From assembly GCA_963709585.1 (NCBI GenBank), contig CAVPXI010000007.1:352001-416000 (forward strand): DNA of 64,000 nucleotides, written 5' to 3'. How positions within the stretch are numbered: the first letter of the stretch is position 1; each line of letters starts with the position of its first letter. Of this stretch, positions 30,001-44,810 are shown in pieces. Source of the DNA: Candidatus Dormiibacterota bacterium (GTDB taxonomy: Bacteria > Chloroflexota > Dormibacteria > Aeolococcales > Aeolococcaceae). The translations under genes were made by a program, and so were the position numbers. A model generated the notes under the pieces. It searched no databases. It had not been told where the DNA came from and worked only from the letters and a program-made list of their open reading frames with translations.

Positions 30001-30654
30001 TCAGGCGACGGTCCGGGCGCGCACCAGCGCGGGAATGCGCCGCTCGATCAGAACGGTCGCGTCGAAGATGGCGCCGATCTCGGCGACCGGACGGCGGTGC
30101 GCGTACACCATCAGGTAGGCCGGTCCGAACACCACGTGGTACCCATCATCGAGCCCGAGCAACGTCTCGATCATCTGCGCATCGATCAGCTCGACGGCGA
30201 ACGCGGCGTCGCTCGATTGCACGTCGAAGCGGTCGTTGAAGTCGATCGATTCGAACCGGATGCCCGGGGCACCGACCGACTTCTCAGCGAGAGTCCCGAT
30301 CGCGCCGCGCGGTGTCACGGTGACCTGCGGCGTCTGCACGCCGAGCACCGCGACGACGTTCGAGAAAGAGATCGTGTTCTGGTTCTTCCCGTCGGAGACC
30401 ACGTACGAGTAGTCGCAGTAGGTCACCGGGAAGCCGCCCCACGGTCCGCGCAGCACGTTGTGCCAGTAGCGGCGAGTGCCCTCACGGAAGAGCGAGAAAC
30501 CGCAATCGCCGAGATCCCAGTCATTGCCGATCACGGTCAGCCCGTGCGCACCCGCGAAGGTGGCGATGTCGCGTATGCGCTGCTGCCCGACGAAATACGA
30601 GACGAACCCGACCACCACGACGACGATGAAGAAGAGGACGAAGAGAACCATCAC
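30001..30654 (-). CDS. Membrane-anchored protein (DUF3137-like)
   Basis: N-terminal TM segment; FESIDFNDRFDVQS. Confidence 0.65.
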   Translation of the reverse strand: MMVLFVLFFIVVVVVGFVSYFVGQQRIRDIATFAGAHGLTVIGNDWDLGDCGFSLFREGTRRYWHNVLRGPWGGFPVTYCDYSYVVSDGKNQNTISFSNVVAVLGVQTPQVTVTPRGAIGTLAEKSVGAPGIRFESIDFNDRFDVQSSDAAFAVELIDAQMIETLLGLDDGYHVVFGPAYLMVYAHRRPVAEIGAIFDATVLIERRIPALVRARTVA

Positions 30655-30670
30655 ACGTCTGAGCGAGGGC

Positions 30671-33415
<2,745 letters not shown>

Positions 33416-33560
33416 GACCGATCCATCTTCGCACTCGATGACGGCGCGAGGTGCCGGCCACGGCGCAGCATCCCGCCTTCTGCCTGAAACAGTCGGATTG
33501 ACCACAACACCCGGTGCGGCGCGGCTATCCTTCTCGTCCTGATGAGGAATTGCAAAGGAT

Positions 33561-34451
33561 TTGGTCGTGGCCGGCAGCCAGAGAACTGACGTCCGCCCAG
33601 AGCACCAGCTCTACCACGAGTACACGACCGACGTCGACCAGGCTCGGACCAACGTCCACTATGAGCAGCCGCCGGAATTCTTCCTGCTCATCACCGGCGG
33701 TGATTGGAACGTCTACTCGGCCAACCTCTGGGACCCGGGCACCGAGGACGACACCGCCTCACAGCAGGCAAAGCTCGACCTGATCGCTCGGCTCGCGGGT
33801 CTCGAGCGGGGCATGCGCCTCATCGATGTGGGGTGCGGCTGGGCCGGCCCACTCACCTATCTGTGTGACACCTATGGGCTCACCGGTACCGGGCTGACGC
33901 TGTCACCGACCCAGAAGGGCTATGCCGAGCAGCGGATCGCCGGCCGCGGCACCGACGCGAAGATCGTCCTCAGCCACTGGGAGGACTACACGCCTGACGA
34001 GGAGGTGGACGCGATCTACACCGACGAGGTGATCGTCCACTTCTTCAACCTCGCCGGGTTCTTCGCCAAGTGCCACGAGTGGCTCAAACCCGGCGGCGTG
34101 ATGATCAACAAGGAGTTGCACCTCAAGCACCCCCGGCACGCGAAGCTCGATCGCGGCGGCGAGTTCGTGAGTCAGATCTACGGAGACACCGGCAACTACC
34201 GGACCCTCGCGGAGGAAACCCGCCTCGCCAATGAAGCGGGATTCGACATCGAGCGGGTGCATCACATCGAGCGCCGGCACTACGAGGTGACCATCGACCA
34301 CTGGCTGGCGAACATGCACAAGCACGCCGACCAGCTCAAAGAGATGGTCGGGGACCAGCACTACCGCGATTTCCGGGTGTATCTGCGGCTTGCCCGGCAC
34401 ATCCAGCGCAACGTGACCCTCGACGTCGTGGTCTGCCGCAAGTTCGCCTGA
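33561..34451 (+). CDS. Cyclopropane-fatty-acyl synthase-like SAM methyltransferase
   Basis: VHYEQPPEFF, QQAKLD, IDVGCGWAG, GLTLSPTQ. Confidence 0.8.
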   Translation: MVVAGSQRTDVRPEHQLYHEYTTDVDQARTNVHYEQPPEFFLLITGGDWNVYSANLWDPGTEDDTASQQAKLDLIARLAGLERGMRLIDVGCGWAGPLTYLCDTYGLTGTGLTLSPTQKGYAEQRIAGRGTDAKIVLSHWEDYTPDEEVDAIYTDEVIVHFFNLAGFFAKCHEWLKPGGVMINKELHLKHPRHAKLDRGGEFVSQIYGDTGNYRTLAEETRLANEAGFDIERVHHIERRHYEVTIDHWLANMHKHADQLKEMVGDQHYRDFRVYLRLARHIQRNVTLDVVVCRKFA

Positions 34452-34463
34452 ACGAGCCGGGGG

Positions 34464-35198
34464 TCAGGTCGGGGTCGAGAGCTGCGCCAGGTACGACGTG
34501 AGGTGGGTGTACGCGCCGGTGGCGAGCAACACACCCAGGGCCACGGTGATGACACCGCCGGCCAGCGTCAGGGGGCGCACCAACCGGTTGAGACGGCGGG
34601 GGAGTTCGGGGAGTGACGCCCAGAGCAGCGCCACCGCGATGAAGGGCAGGCCGAGCCCGAGCGAGTAGACGACCAGCAGGAGCGCTCCGCTCAGTGCGTG
34701 GGAGCTGAGTGCGGCGAGGGTCAGCGCCGCCGCCAGGTACGGCCCGACGCACGGCGTCCAGCCGAGGCCGAAGACGACGCCGACCAGGAAGGCGCCGAGC
34801 ACCCCGCGACGGCGCAGCCGTTCGGGGAGCTGGAATCCCTGGGTTCTTTCGAGCATGCCGACCCTGACCACGCCGATGATGGCGAGGCCGAAGAGGATCA
34901 CCGCGACCCCGCCGACGATCTCGACGATCCGTCCGCTCACCGCCCCATTGGCAACCCGCGCGATCCCCCCGGCGGTCAGCCCGAGGAGGACGAAGACGAG
35001 CGTGAACCCGGCGACGTAGAGCAGCGAGCCGGCGAGGAGCCGGAGCCGGAAGCTGTGCCGGTCCGGGTTGCTCAGCTCCGCAGCGCTCACCCCTGAGACA
35101 CATGCGAGATAAGCCGGGAGCAGCGGAACCGTGCACGGTGCGAGAAAGGACCCGAGCCCCGCGACGAAGGTCGCGAGCACCGTGGCAATCGAGAGCAT
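34464..35198 (-). CDS. ccdA: Cytochrome c biogenesis protein CcdA
   Basis: SFLAPCTVPLLPAY, GWTPCVGP. Confidence 0.88.
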   Translation of the reverse strand: MLSIATVLATFVAGLGSFLAPCTVPLLPAYLACVSGVSAAELSNPDRHSFRLRLLAGSLLYVAGFTLVFVLLGLTAGGIARVANGAVSGRIVEIVGGVAVILFGLAIIGVVRVGMLERTQGFQLPERLRRRGVLGAFLVGVVFGLGWTPCVGPYLAAALTLAALSSHALSGALLLVVYSLGLGLPFIAVALLWASLPELPRRLNRLVRPLTLAGGVITVALGVLLATGAYTHLTSYLAQLSTPT

Positions 35199-36241
35199 CA
35201 GCCGAAGGTGAAGGTGTAGATGCGGAAGCCCGCAGGCACGGTCAGGTCGATCAGATGGTAGCCGGGGGAGACTCCGGCGAGCAGCTGGAACAGGTCCTGC
35301 CTACTGACCGTGAAGGCGGAATCGGTCAACCCGGATCCACTCTCGCTGCCGGCGACCGCCTTTCCGTCAAGTTTGACTGAAACCGGCAGTGCAGCCCCGG
35401 GCGTTCCGGCCACGATGTACACCGAGTCGGCGATGAAGTTGAGCCGGACGTGGCCGCTCGTGTCCGCCTGCAGATACTGGCCCTCGTCGGTCCAGGTACC
35501 GGTCACCTGGATCGCGTTCTGCATCTGGGGCGGACCGGGATCGGCGTAGGCGACCGGCGCGCCGGGCGTCCCATAGAGCTCGTTATCGGCAAGCTGCCCG
35601 CGCTCGCTGCCCGCGTAGAGCTCGGGCGTCGTGTTGCCGGGGACCGGCGTGGACGACGGGAGCGCAGCGGTGTGCACGTTGAGCAGCTCCGCCACGGCGG
35701 CATCGGTCTGCGTGTAGTCCCCCTCACCGAAGCTCGTGTAGGCGACCCGCCCCTGCTGGTCGAGCAGGTACTCGGCGGGCCAGAATTGGTTCTGGTAGGC
35801 GTTCCATGTGGCCAGCTGGCTGTCGATGGCGACCGGCCACGTGACCCCGAGGCGCGTGACCGCGGCTGCGACGTTGGCCGGGACCTTCTCGAAGTCGAAC
35901 TCCGGCGAGTGCACGCCGACGATCACGAAGCCGTCCTGCTTGTAGTCGTTGTAGAGGGCCTGGAGGTGGGGAATCGTACGCACGCAGTTGACGCACGAGA
36001 ACGTCCAGAAATCGATGAGCACGACCTTGCCGTGAAGGTCCGCCAGGGTCAGCGGCGCACTGTTGAGCCAGCCGTCGATGCCGGTGAAGTCGGGGGCGTT
36101 GTGGCGGTCACCCACCGCGAGCACCTGGCCGCCGGTGCTCGACGCCGTGGCCGCCGGGGGCGGGTTGCGCACCACGGTGAACAGCACCGCGGCGACGATC
36201 AGCACGGCGACGGTTGCGAGCGCAAGACGGTATCGGGTCAC
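35198..36241 (-). CDS. DipZ-like redoxin
   Basis: WLNSAPL, DFWTFSCVNC, GVHSPEF, TPELYAG, YTFTFG. Confidence 0.88.
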   Translation of the reverse strand: MTRYRLALATVAVLIVAAVLFTVVRNPPPAATASSTGGQVLAVGDRHNAPDFTGIDGWLNSAPLTLADLHGKVVLIDFWTFSCVNCVRTIPHLQALYNDYKQDGFVIVGVHSPEFDFEKVPANVAAAVTRLGVTWPVAIDSQLATWNAYQNQFWPAEYLLDQQGRVAYTSFGEGDYTQTDAAVAELLNVHTAALPSSTPVPGNTTPELYAGSERGQLADNELYGTPGAPVAYADPGPPQMQNAIQVTGTWTDEGQYLQADTSGHVRLNFIADSVYIVAGTPGAALPVSVKLDGKAVAGSESGSGLTDSAFTVSRQDLFQLLAGVSPGYHLIDLTVPAGFRIYTFTFG

Positions 36242-36333
36242 GTGGGCTCAACTGAACTGTACGGGCTCTGTGTTGAGGAACCATTACGGATCCGGTCCCG
36301 TCTGCTAGCTTGTGTCGCGACCTACGGTCGCAG

Positions 36334-38350
36334 ATGAACCCGATGAGCAACCCCGCCCCCGACCGGCTGCTCGGCGATCGGAGGCGGGTGGTCGTCGAAC
36401 GCGTCAGACCCACCGTCGACTGCGGCGAGTTCCCCGCCAAGGGCACCCGTGGGCTTCCAGTGCGAGTGTCCGCGCGTGTCTTCGCGGACGGCCACGATCC
36501 GCTCCTCGCCTGGGTCTGGCACTGGCCGGGGGCCAGGCCCCTCGCGCCCGACGCCCCGCCGTCAGGGATGCTCGAGGTGCCCATGGAGTCCGAGCCCCAG
36601 GACTGGTTCAGCGCATGGATCAAGCCCCGCCGGCTCGGTGCCTGGAGCTTCGCGGTCGTGGGGATCCGCGACGTCTGGGGAGGCTTCGCTCGCGACCTGG
36701 GGATCCGGTTCCAGGCGGGCGTCGACGTCGAGCTCGATCTCTCCGACGGCGCGGCGCTCGCCGTCGCCCGGGCCGATCTGCCCGTGGTCTCCAAGTCGGA
36801 CCGTCGGGCGCTCACCGCGCTCGCGACCAAGCTCGGCGCCGACACCGCCGCCGAGTCGAGGGTCCAGCTGGCCACACGTGAGGCGACGATGGGACTGATG
36901 CGGCGTACCGCCGACCTCAGCCACGCCACCATCGCCGGTCCGTACCCCCTGTGGGTCGAACGCGAGATCGCCGGGTACTCCGCCTGGTACGAAATGTTCC
37001 CGAGGTCGGAGGGGGCGGTGCCGCCCCGAAGCGGCACGTTCAAGCTCGCCCGCAAACGCCTCCCGGCGATCGCGGCGATGGGCTTCTCGGTGCTGTACCT
37101 GCCCCCGATCCACCCGATCGGGATCACCCATCGCAAGGGGCCGAACAATGTGACCGAGTGCTCGCCCGGCGACCCGGGGAGCCCGTGGGCGATCGGCGCG
37201 GCGTCGGGTGGACACACGGCCGTGCACCCCGACCTCGGCACAATCGATGACTTCGACGAGTTCGTCGCCGCCGCCGAGAGTGCCGGCCTCGAGGTGGCAC
37301 TCGACTATGCGCTGCAGTGCAGCCCCGATCATCCCTGGGTCAGCGAGCACCCGGCGTGGTTCCGCCACCGCTCGGACGGATCGATCCGCTACGCCGAGAA
37401 CCCGCCCAAGCAGTACCAGGACATCTACCCGATCGACTTCGACAGCGACGACGCGCCGCAACTCTGGGTCGCGCTCCGCGACGTGATGCGCTTCTGGGTC
37501 GGCCACGGCGTGCGCATCTTCCGCGTCGACAATCCGCACACCAAGGCATTCCCCTTCTGGGAATGGCTCATCGCTGAGATCCGCCGCGAACACCCGGAGG
37601 TGGTCATGCTCGCCGAGGCGTTCGTCCGGCCCGCGGTGATGCAGCGGCTTGCCAAAGTCGGCTTCTCCCAGTCGTACACGTACTTCACGTGGCGCAACAG
37701 CGCCTGGGAACTCAGCGAGTATCTGACAGAGTTGTCACAGACCGAGCTGGTCGACTGGTTCCGGCCGAACTTCTGGGTGAACACGCCGGACATCCTGCAC
37801 GCCACGCTCCAGCACGGAGGTCCAGCGGCCTTCAGAATGCGCGCGGTGATCGCGGCGATCACCTGCCCCTCCTGGGGGATGTACAGCGGCTACGAGCTCT
37901 GCGAAAGCGTGGCGGTGCGCGAGGGCAGCGAGGAATACCTCGAACTCCGAGAAGTATCAGCTGCGCCCGCGTGACTGGTCGCAGCCGGGGTCGATCGCTC
38001 ATTTCATCACCCGGCTGAACGAGATCCGCAACGGCCACCGCGATGCCATCGCGCAGCTGAGCACACTGCGCCTGCACCACATGACCGACGAATCGATGCT
38101 CTGCGTCTCGCGATCGACTCCCGAGAAGGACGATGTGATCATCCTCGTCGTCAACCTGGATCCCCATCATCCGCGGGAGGCAAACACGTGGCTGGACCTC
38201 GGCGTGCTCGGCGTGACCGGGGACCGGCCGTTCGAGGTGCATGATGAACTTGGAGGTGAGACGTACACGTGGCACGGCGCGGTGAACTACGTTCGACTGG
38301 ATCCGGCACTGCAGCCGGCGCACGTCCTGCACGTGCGCCCGCAACGATGA
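36334..38350 (+). CDS. glgE: Maltose-1-phosphate maltosyltransferase (apparent +1 indel at 37942-37947)
   Basis: [32 protein letters not shown]; [16 protein letters not shown] is restored by removing one A. Confidence 0.92.
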
Positions 38351-40011
38351 AGGCACGCGTCGAGCTGGCCGATGACGCGCTCTGGTTCCAGAAGGCAGTC
38401 TTCTACGAGCTGTCGGTCCGTGCCTTTCACGACGACAACAACGACGGCATCGGCGACTTCGCCGGTCTGATCGGGAAGCTCGAATACCTCGAGTGGCTCG
38501 GCGTCGACTGCATCTGGCTGCTGCCCTTCCAGCAGAGCCCGCTGCGCGACGGCGGCTATGACATCGCCGACTACCGGATGGTGCTGCCCGATTACGGCAC
38601 CGTCGAGGATGTTGCGCGGCTCGTCGAGAAGGCGCACCGCCGGGGCATCCGGGTGATCATGGACCTGGTCATCAACCACACCAGCGACCAGCATCCCTGG
38701 TTCAAGAGCGCGCGCTCGTCACCGGACAGCGAGTACCGCGACTGGTACATGTGGTCGAACACGAAGAATAAATTCACCGACGCCCGGATCATCTTCCTCG
38801 ACACCGAGACGTCGAACTGGACATGGGACGACGAGGCGGGGGCGTACTACTTTCACCGTTTCTTCAGTCACCAACCCGATCTCAACTACGACAACCCGCA
38901 AGTCCGCGCCGAGATCATCGACGTGTGCAGATTCTGGCTCGACCTCGGCGTGGACGGCTTCCGGCTCGACGCCGTCCCCTACCTCTTCAAGCGCGAGGGG
39001 ACCAACAGCGAGAACCTGCCTGAGACCCACGCGTTCCTCGCTGAGCTGCGCGCCGCGCTCGACGTCCAGTACCCGGACAAGGTGCTCCTCGCGGAGGCGA
39101 ACCAGTGGCCGGAGGACGTGGTGGACTATTTCGGCTCACCGGACGAGCCCGAATGCCACATGTGCTTCAACTTTCCATTGATGCCGCGGATGTTCATGGG
39201 CCTGCGCCGCGAACAGCGATATCCCATCACCGAGATCCTCGATCGCACTCCGGCTGTGCCACCCAACTGCCAGTGGGGGATCTTCCTGCGCAACCACGAC
39301 GAGCTCACCCTCGAGATGGTGACCGACGAGGAGCGCGACTACATGTGGGGTGAGTACGCGAAGGACCCGCGTGCCAAGCTCAACCTCGGGATCCGCCGCC
39401 GGCTCGCCCCGCTGCTGAACAACGGGCGCCGTCAGATGGAGTTGTTTCACGGGCTCATCCTCTCGCTCCCGGGCAGCCCGATCCTCTACTACGGCGACGA
39501 GATCGGCATGGGGGACAACGTCTACCTCGGCGACCGAGACGGCGTTCGCACCCCGATGCAGTGGACCGCCGACAGCAACGGTGGTTTCAGCCAGGCGGAT
39601 TTCGCACAACTGTATCTGCCGCCGCTCATGGACCCGGTCTACGGCTACCAGGCGTGCAATGTCAGCGCGCAGCGCCGCAACGAGTCGTCGATGCTGCACT
39701 GGCTCCGCCGGTTCATCGCGGTGCGCAAGCGCTTCCCGGTGTTCGGCGAAGGGAGCTTCGAAGCCCTCGACGCGGCCAACCCCTCGGTGTTCGCCTTCCT
39801 GCGCAGCATGGACGGACAGACAGTTCTCTGCGTCAACAACCTTTCGCGATTCGCGCAACCGGTCGAGCTCGACCTGCGCAAGTACGCCGACATGACGCCG
39901 GTCGAGATGCTCGGGCGGGTCCACTTTCCACGCATCGGCGAGCTGCCGTACCTGTTGACCATGGGTCCGCACGGTTTCTACTGGTTCACGTTGGACCCAC
40001 CGGCATCATGA
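38347..40011 (+). CDS. treS: Trehalose synthase (maltose alpha-D-glucosyltransferase)
   Basis: [37 protein letters not shown]. Confidence 0.95.
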   Translation: MKARVELADDALWFQKAVFYELSVRAFHDDNNDGIGDFAGLIGKLEYLEWLGVDCIWLLPFQQSPLRDGGYDIADYRMVLPDYGTVEDVARLVEKAHRRGIRVIMDLVINHTSDQHPWFKSARSSPDSEYRDWYMWSNTKNKFTDARIIFLDTETSNWTWDDEAGAYYFHRFFSHQPDLNYDNPQVRAEIIDVCRFWLDLGVDGFRLDAVPYLFKREGTNSENLPETHAFLAELRAALDVQYPDKVLLAEANQWPEDVVDYFGSPDEPECHMCFNFPLMPRMFMGLRREQRYPITEILDRTPAVPPNCQWGIFLRNHDELTLEMVTDEERDYMWGEYAKDPRAKLNLGIRRRLAPLLNNGRRQMELFHGLILSLPGSPILYYGDEIGMGDNVYLGDRDGVRTPMQWTADSNGGFSQADFAQLYLPPLMDPVYGYQACNVSAQRRNESSMLHWLRRFIAVRKRFPVFGEGSFEALDAANPSVFAFLRSMDGQTVLCVNNLSRFAQPVELDLRKYADMTPVEMLGRVHFPRIGELPYLLTMGPHGFYWFTLDPPAS

Positions 40012-41534
40012 GTGCGCAGGACGGCGGCGTGACGGCCATACTCCGCGACCATCGCCTCGCGGGCTGCGAGCAGGCGCTCGGCGCGTACATCGCCCGGCAG
40101 CGCTGGGCCGGCGCGCAAGGTCGAAGCATCAGCACGACCGCGATCGTCGACGCCGCGGTGATCAGCGAGAGCTCACCCGTGCTGCTGCACACGCTCACCG
40201 CCGTGACCTTCACCGACGGTGGGACGACGCGCTACGCGCTCCCGCTCGGCACCCGTCCGGTGGGTGATCCCATCATCGAGCGGGTGCCGGAGTTCATGAT
40301 CCCGTGGCCGGAAGCGCCCGAGCCCATCGCGCTCTACGACGCGGTCGGGGATTCAACGTACATCGAGTGGCTGCTCGACGCCGTCCGCAACCAGCGGGTG
40401 CTGCCGACCTCCACCGGGACGTTGCGGTGCTCATGCCCGGACCCGGACGCGCTCGACACCGGCAGCCTGTCGTCGGTACGCCACCTCCGAGTCGAGCAGA
40501 GCAACACGTCGGTCGAGGTGGGTGACGCCATATTCCTCAAGCATCTGCGTCGCGTCGAGCCGGGACCGTCGCAGGAGCTCGAGATGTCCGACGCGCTCGC
40601 CGCCGCCGGCTTCACCCACCTTGCGACGATGCTCGGACGCGTGGTGTGGGAGTCGGGTGGCGACGCCCCCTCGGCGCTGGTGCTCGTGCAGCGCTTTCTG
40701 CACAACAGCACCGAGGGCTGGGCGCTCGCGCTCACGTCGCTGCGCGACCTCTACGCCAACGCAGAGTCGGTCGGGCAGGCAGATCCGGCGGAGCGCCGCG
40801 CGATGGTGGACGACCAGGATGCCGCCTTCCTCGCCGAGTCGATGCGGCTCGGCAAGGTGGTCGCGGAGATGCACCTCGCGCTGGCCTCGGGTGCGCCGGG
40901 CACGGACATGGCGCCGGCGCCGCTGACCGAGGGGTCGCTCAACACCTGGGCGAACACGATGACCCGCGAGCTCGATCACGTCCTCGCCCGCGACGAGCCG
41001 TCGCTCGACCCGCTTCGCGACGTGAGGGATGCCGTGGTGGCTCGGTTCGATCAGATCCGTGTGCTCTCTCCAGGTGGATTGCTCATCCGCACTCATGGCG
41101 ATCTGCACCTCGGCCAGCTCCTCCGCATCGACACGGGATGGGTGATCCTGGACTTCGAAGGCGAACCGGATCGGACTCCGGCCCAACGCCGCGAGCTCAC
41201 CACGCCGCTGCGCGACGTCGCGGCGATGCTCCGCTCCTTCGACTACGCGGCCGCGGCCGCGATCGCCGATCGCACCGGGCCGGAAGGGGCCGAGGCCGAG
41301 CTGCTCCGCGGCTACGGTGAGGCCTGGGCTGACGCGAACCGCGACGCCTTCTGGAGCGCGTACCTCGACACCATCGGCTCCCAGCCGGTGCTGCCCGCCC
41401 CCGGCCCATCGCTGGTGCTCCGGCGCGCCTTCGAGGTGCAGAAGGCCGTCTACGAGATCGGCTACGAGCTCGGTCACCGGCCGTCCTGGGTTCCGATCCC
41501 GCTGCGATTCCTGCTCCGCGGCGCCGGCCAGTGA
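40008..41534 (+). CDS. mak: Maltokinase (Pep2)
   Basis: [37 protein letters not shown]. Confidence 0.88.
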   Translation: MSAQDGGVTAILRDHRLAGCEQALGAYIARQRWAGAQGRSISTTAIVDAAVISESSPVLLHTLTAVTFTDGGTTRYALPLGTRPVGDPIIERVPEFMIPWPEAPEPIALYDAVGDSTYIEWLLDAVRNQRVLPTSTGTLRCSCPDPDALDTGSLSSVRHLRVEQSNTSVEVGDAIFLKHLRRVEPGPSQELEMSDALAAAGFTHLATMLGRVVWESGGDAPSALVLVQRFLHNSTEGWALALTSLRDLYANAESVGQADPAERRAMVDDQDAAFLAESMRLGKVVAEMHLALASGAPGTDMAPAPLTEGSLNTWANTMTRELDHVLARDEPSLDPLRDVRDAVVARFDQIRVLSPGGLLIRTHGDLHLGQLLRIDTGWVILDFEGEPDRTPAQRRELTTPLRDVAAMLRSFDYAAAAAIADRTGPEGAEAELLRGYGEAWADANRDAFWSAYLDTIGSQPVLPAPGPSLVLRRAFEVQKAVYEIGYELGHRPSWVPIPLRFLLRGAGQ

Positions 41535-43721
41535 CCGCTGGCGACGCGGGCGGGTCCGAGCTCGAAGCGGCCGTGGAGCAGATGCTCGCCGGCCGCCTCC
41601 GAGATCCTCACGAGCTGCTGGGACCCCGCGCCACCGGCGATTCGGTGCGGATCCGGGCGTTCCATCCGGAAGCGACCACCGCAAGCGTCGCCCGACCGGA
41701 CGGCCTCACGCCGATGCGCCGGGTAAATGCCGCGGGATTGTTCGAGGCCAATGTTCCCGCCGGCGAACGCGGTTATCGCATCCGCTTCCGCAACGCGGAG
41801 CGCGAGTGGGAGCAGGAGGATCCATACCGGTTCTCTCCAACCCTCGGCGAGCTGGACCTCCACCTGATCGGCGAAGGAACGCACGCCCAGCTCTGGCGGG
41901 TTCTCGGCGCGCGCATCGTCGAGCACGAAGGCGTCTTCGGCGCCGCATTCAGCGTCTGGGCGCCAAATGCGCTCGGGGTCAGCGTGGTGAGCGACGCCAA
42001 CTTCTGGGATGCGCGCACCTGGCCGATGCGCACCCTCGGCGGCTCGGGGGTGTGGGAGCTGTTCTGCCCGGGGGTCGGCCCCGGCGTTCGCTACAAGTTC
42101 CTGGTCACGCGCGGCGACGGGATGCGCATCTTCAAGGCCGATCCCCTGGCGAGAGCGTCTGATCATCCGCCCGGGACCGCCAGCATCGTCGAGCAGAGCG
42201 TCCACCGTTGGCGGGACGGGGCGTGGATGCGCCGGCGCGCCGCCGCGGGCCTCGAGCAGGCCCCGTTCGCTGCCTACGAGGTCCACCTGAGCTCGTGGCG
42301 TCGCGGTGCCGATGGGCGCATCCTCAGCTACCGCGAGATCGCCGAGCCCCTCGCCGCCCACTGCAGCGCCATGGGGTTCACGCACGTGGAGCTGCTCCCG
42401 ATCATGGAGCACCCCTTCGGCGGATCGTGGGGATACCAGGTCACCGGGTATTACGCCCCGACCGCGCGGCACGGCTCCCCCGACGATTTCCGCCATTTCG
42501 TTGACGTCATGCACCGCAGCGGCATCGGTGTGATCCTCGACTGGGTGCCCGCCCACTTCCCACGCGACGGATGGGCGCTCGCGCGGTTCGACGGGACGCC
42601 GCTCTACGAGCACGCCGACCCGCGCCGCGGCGAGCAACCCGATTGGGGAACGTACGTCTTCAACTACGCACGCAACGAGGTGCGCAACTTCCTCGTCGCC
42701 AACGCCCACTACTGGGCGGAGGAATTCCACGTCGACGGGCTGCGCGTCGACGCCGTGGCCTCGATGCTCTACCTCGACTACTCGCGACAGCCGGGCGGGT
42801 GGGTGCCGAACATCTACGGCGGCAAGGAGAATCTCGAGGCGATCGCCCTGCTCCGCGAGGTCAACGACTCGTTGCACGCGCGCAAGTCGGGCATCCTGAC
42901 CATCGCCGAGGAGTTCGACGACCTGGCCGGGGGTGACCCGGTCAACGGCGAGCGGGGGCCTCGGCTTCGACTTCAAATGGAACATGGGCTGGATGCACGA
43001 CACCCTCGACTACCTGCACAAGGATCCCGTCTATCGCAGGTACGCGCATCACCAGATGACGTTCGGGCTCATGTACGCATGGTCGGAACGCTTCATCCTG
43101 CCGCTCTCGCACGACGAGGTCGTGCACCTCAAGGGGTCGCTCCTCGGCAAGATGTCCGGCGATCCCTGGCAGCGCTTCGCCAACCTGCGCGCGCTCTTCG
43201 GCTGGATGTGGGCGCACCCGGGCAAGAAACTGCTCTTCATGGGCGGTGAGCTCGCCGAGGAGCGCGAATGGGCGCACGATTCCGAGCTCGACTGGCGGCT
43301 GCTCGACGACCCGGCGCACGCCGGAGTGCATCGCATGATGGTCGACCTGGGTGCGCTGTATGGGGCGTCGCCGGCGCTCTGGGAGCTCGACGAGAGCCCC
43401 CAGGGGTTCGAATGGATCGACGCCGGCAACGCGGATCAGAACATCCTCAGCTTCGTCCGGCGAGACGCTCACGGGCATCCGGGCATCGCCTGCATCGCCA
43501 ACTTCGCGCCCGTGGTCCGCTACGACTTCAGGGTCGGGCTGCCGCTCCCCGGCCGCTGGACCGAGGTGCTGAACACCGATTCCGATCACTACGGCGGCAG
43601 CGGCGTCGGCAACCTGGGGGCTGTCGAAGCCGGAGCCGAGCCCATGCACGCGTACTCGTATTCGGCTCAGGTGACCCTGCCGCCGCTCGCGGTGCTCTGG
43701 CTCGCGCCACCCGCGGTGTAG
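41531..43721 (+). CDS. glgB: 1,4-alpha-glucan branching enzyme (apparent +1 indel at 42911-42916)
   Basis: [37 protein letters not shown]; [11 protein letters not shown] is restored by removing one T. Confidence 0.93.
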
Positions 43722-43742
43722 CCCCCATTGCTTAACGGGGGC
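43721..43742 (+). terminator. Possible terminator hairpin after glgB
   Basis: GCCCCC..GGGGGC stem; no U-tract. Confidence 0.35.
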
Positions 43743-43877
43743 GCATTCGTGAGAATGGGTGGGAACCTGCGGGCCGAGAGTGGACGTGTCGCGATGGACG
43801 AGGAATGTGAACCCATCGCGGGCGCGTCGCGCCCGGGCGAGACCGCTCTGAGCAGACACAGGGGTTGACCCACGACT

Positions 43878-44255
43878 ATGAACACCGACGAGGCCCGCAC
43901 CCGCTTGGTGACCGAACGAGTCCGGATCGAAGAGCTTCGTAACGCGGCGAACCGGCTGACCGCGGACGCCCAGGACGCGACCGAGCGCGAGCTCGCCTCG
44001 GCTGAGCAGCACCCCGCGGAACTCGCCAGCGAGACGATCGGTCTGGAGATCGATCACAGCGTCCTGCAGCACGCCGAGCTGGAGCTGCTCGAGCTCGAGG
44101 CGGCGGTCAAGCGGGTTGACACCGGCTCGTATGGCAACTGCGAGGCCTGCGGCCAGCCGATCAGCGAAGGCCGACTCGAGGCGATCCCGACGGCCAGATA
44201 CTGCATCGAGGACCAGGCCAAGCACGATCGCAACGGGCGGCGCAACGGGCGCTAG
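43878..44255 (+). CDS. TraR/DksA family protein
   Basis: GSYGNCEACGQPISEGRLEAIPTARYC. Confidence 0.85.
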   Translation: MNTDEARTRLVTERVRIEELRNAANRLTADAQDATERELASAEQHPAELASETIGLEIDHSVLQHAELELLELEAAVKRVDTGSYGNCEACGQPISEGRLEAIPTARYCIEDQAKHDRNGRRNGR

Positions 44256-44806
44256 CCGCCGAAGTCGACGTCCTTGGTCGTCACCGTCCCGGCCGTCCGC
44301 CCCGGCGCCGTCTGGTAGGTCCAGTACAAGTTCGTGTGCGCGATGACCTGGTCCGGCGGCGGCGCCCCCCATTCCGTCTGGTCCCCCGTCGTGTGGGCGT
44401 CACTGACCAGGGTCGCGTCGTATCCCCTGGCAAATGCGCCATGGAGCGTGGAGCGGATGCACGCGTCGGTCTCCGCGCCGACGACCAGAAGTCGCCCGAC
44501 TCCGAGGCCCGACAGCACGGACTCGAGCGTGGTGTCCTCGAAGGAGTCGCCATAGTTCTTCTCGACGAGCGGCTCGGCGTCGCCCGGCTTCAGCTCGGGA
44601 ACGATCCTCCGGTCGTCGCTCTCCCTCGCAAGCTGCTCGTCCGAGTGCTGGACCCAGACAACCGGGACCCGCTCCAGCCTCGCCTTCTCGACCAGGCTGG
44701 CGACATTCGCGACGACCGCGTCGCGCCGGTGAGCCCTCTCGACAACGCCGTTCTGCACGTCGACGACGAGGAGTGCTGTGTTCGGTCGGTTTTCGAGTGT
44801 GGTCAT
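44252..44806 (-). CDS. Isochorismatase family cysteine hydrolase
   Basis: [33 protein letters not shown]. Confidence 0.88.
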   Translation of the reverse strand: MTTLENRPNTALLVVDVQNGVVERAHRRDAVVANVASLVEKARLERVPVVWVQHSDEQLARESDDRRIVPELKPGDAEPLVEKNYGDSFEDTTLESVLSGLGVGRLLVVGAETDACIRSTLHGAFARGYDATLVSDAHTTGDQTEWGAPPPDQVIAHTNLYWTYQTAPGRTAGTVTTKDVDFGG

Positions 44807-44810
44807 GTTC